The notes under the pieces were generated by a model. That model saw only the letters and a program-made list of their open reading frames with translations. It ran no database searches and was not told the DNA's origin. From the IMG/VR virus record IMGVR_UViG_3300048072_000006, positions 1-41,797 of that record: a DNA stretch of 41,797 bases; one strand, written 5' to 3'. The position numbers were made by a program, and so were the translations under genes. Positions 40,560-41,797 of the stretch are shown here, one piece after another; the stretch's first letter is position 1, and every line of letters begins with the position of its first letter. This DNA comes from a virus.

Positions 40560-41797
40560 TCACGCACTCGCCCGCACGGTGATGTCGATCTCGTCCGACC
40601 ATGTCCCGATCGTCGCCGTCCCGGTGACGGCGGTCAGGCCGAAGGTGGCGGCGGTGTCGGATGCGACATCGCCGGTCGTGATCGAGACGGGCTTGAACCA
40701 TTCCCCGGCGGCGAATGACACGCTGCCGGTCTGGCTGCCGAGCGAGAATGCCCAGTCGACGCTGTGCGCGCTGTCCAGCGGGCCGACGCGGTAGATATAG
40801 GCCCGCAGCGTTCCCTCGATCGGCGATTTCTTGGTGTAGAGGTGGAAGACCGGGATGTCGTTTTCCCACGCCTCTTTCCACTCCTCGACGGCGACGCCGA
40901 TCGGGTTGATGTTGCCCGATGCGCTGCCGGCGGTGCGCTCGCCCATGCCCCACCAGACCGCCCAGTTTGCCGCCTCTTTCCAATAGTCGGCGAACAGGAC
41001 CAGCTCCCCGCCTGGGTTGTTGTTCCCGTAATATTGCAGGCCCATCTGGATGATCTGGCCCATGCGGAAGTCGCGGCGGATAGCGGCGGCATAGGCGGTG
41101 TCGGCATCATTGCCGCTGGTTCCCGCCTCATGGAAAAGCCATTCGTAGCCGTTGGTACACCGGCTCAACAGTGCGTGGCCCCCTGCTTCGGCCTTCGCCC
41201 GCATGTCAGTGCGCAGACCCTTGGCGCGGGACATGTTCGTCACCATCGTGCCGGCACCTGTCGGGGCGGCGCCGTTGCTGTCGTGGAAGTAGGTTGAAAA
41301 GGCACCATCAAGCTGCTCGGCCAGTGGCCGGGTGTCGTTCGTCACGTCATAATCGGGGATGTAGGGGGCCTGAGAAAACTTGATCGGATAATCCCACATA
41401 TCCGCATAATCAAGCACATTGGCGTCCAATGTTCCGTCGCTGCGGCTCCCGTAAGCCATCAGGAAGCGCACACGCTTGCGCCAGTCCAGCACGCCCTGCT
41501 GCTCATACTCGTCGGCGACAATATCGATCATCCATTTCGTCTTGACCGCATAGGCGCGCCTCCATGCTGTGTCGATCTGGCCCGCCGTCACCACGCGGGT
41601 GAGCACCGGAGTGCCGGAACTGTTCGTGAAATCATCGGCGAAATAGGTGCTGGCGGGCAGGCTGGTCAGCGCCTCAAGGACGCAGAGGCCATAGCTGTAG
41701 ATGTTGCCGAACACGCGGTCTCCGGGCTCCAGCGCATGGAGCAGGCGGTTATACCAGACGCCCTCGATCGTCGTTGAGTGCGCGACCCATCCGGTGA
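40560..41797 (-). CDS. Giant tail fibre/host-specificity protein, 3' part (the last 127 nt duplicate nt 1..127)
   Basis: Same frame as 1..2696 across the circular junction. The track's 'M' at 41714 is an internal codon. The stop is at 40560. Confidence 0.85.
   Translation of the reverse strand, partial: TGWVAHSTTIEGVWYNRLLHALEPGDRVFGNIYSYGLCVLEALTSLPASTYFADDFTNSSGTPVLTRVVTAGQIDTAWRRAYAVKTKWMIDIVADEYEQQGVLDWRKRVRFLMAYGSRSDGTLDANVLDYADMWDYPIKFSQAPYIPDYDVTNDTRPLAEQLDGAFSTYFHDSNGAAPTGAGTMVTNMSRAKGLRTDMRAKAEAGGHALLSRCTNGYEWLFHEAGTSGNDADTAYAAAIRRDFRMGQIIQMGLQYYGNNNPGGELVLFADYWKEAANWAVWWGMGERTAGSASGNINPIGVAVEEWKEAWENDIPVFHLYTKKSPIEGTLRAYIYRVGPLDSAHSVDWAFSLGSQTGSVSFAAGEWFKPVSITTGDVASDTAATFGLTAVTGTATIGTWSDEIDITVRASA
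41671..41797. repeat. Second copy of the 127-bp terminal overlap
   Basis: Identical to 1..127. Confidence 0.95.

Noticed and set aside
40560-41714. Treating the 384-aa track ORF as a complete gene starting at 41714
   Set aside because: The frame stays open upstream to the window end and continues, via the 127-nt overlap, to ATG 2696. The 'M' at 41714 is internal.

Overview
This 41,797-nt window is a complete, circularly closed phage genome. Nt 1..127 are repeated exactly at 41671..41797 (an assembly overlap), so the unique circle is 41,670 bp. The sequence is visibly GC-rich. I see no tail-tube, tape-measure or sheath genes, so the layout is podovirus-like. GapR/DUF2312, MmcB-like, DUF1376 and RcGTA-like head-spike-base families suggest an alphaproteobacterial host (inference from memory of these families; no searches were run).

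Two divergent transcription arms start at about 28.4 kb.
- Leftward (minus) arm: cro-like gene, then a 2,005-bp IS1595-family element, then replication-associated genes (GapR-like, DUF1064, DnaA-domain-IV-like HTH, DUF559 nuclease, DUF1376). Next come terS-like, terL, portal, head accessory genes, scaffold and capsid, then adaptor, nozzle, GNAT and internal virion proteins. The arm finishes with the collar fibre, beta-helix tailspike, a 1,268-codon tail protein that crosses the window junction, and the lysis cassette ending at 38092.
- Rightward (plus) arm: small early genes, an Erf/YqaJ/SSB/NinB recombination module, and a second operon behind an RHH-controlled switch at about 34.95 kb. That operon ends in an MmcB-like nuclease and a short C5-methyltransferase-like gene.

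The most notable observations:
1. The IS1595-type element carries a PAPS-reductase-like passenger gene, with clear inverted repeats and an 8-bp target duplication, inserted just behind the cro-like gene.
2. An early gene contains 22 near-identical 18-bp tandem repeats encoding a (Y/S)G(N/D)A(Q/W/R)(V/A) hexapeptide solenoid. It has a repeat-poor paralogue in a partly duplicated cassette 6.7 kb away.
3. An RHH gene sits next to two face-to-face promoters that share one TATATA -10 box, bracketed by a 14-bp inverted repeat.
4. The giant tail gene is missed by the ORF track because it wraps the circle.
5. A DnaA-domain-IV-like ORF has no canonical start codon.

No tRNA, rRNA, CRISPR array, integrase, CI-type repressor or partition genes were recognised. 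All family assignments come from motif recognition by eye and need HMM/BLAST confirmation. The ORF track renders GTG and TTG starts as M and takes the longest extension, so many starts were re-picked using stop/start overlaps (ATGA, GTGA, TGATG) and Shine-Dalgarno motifs.
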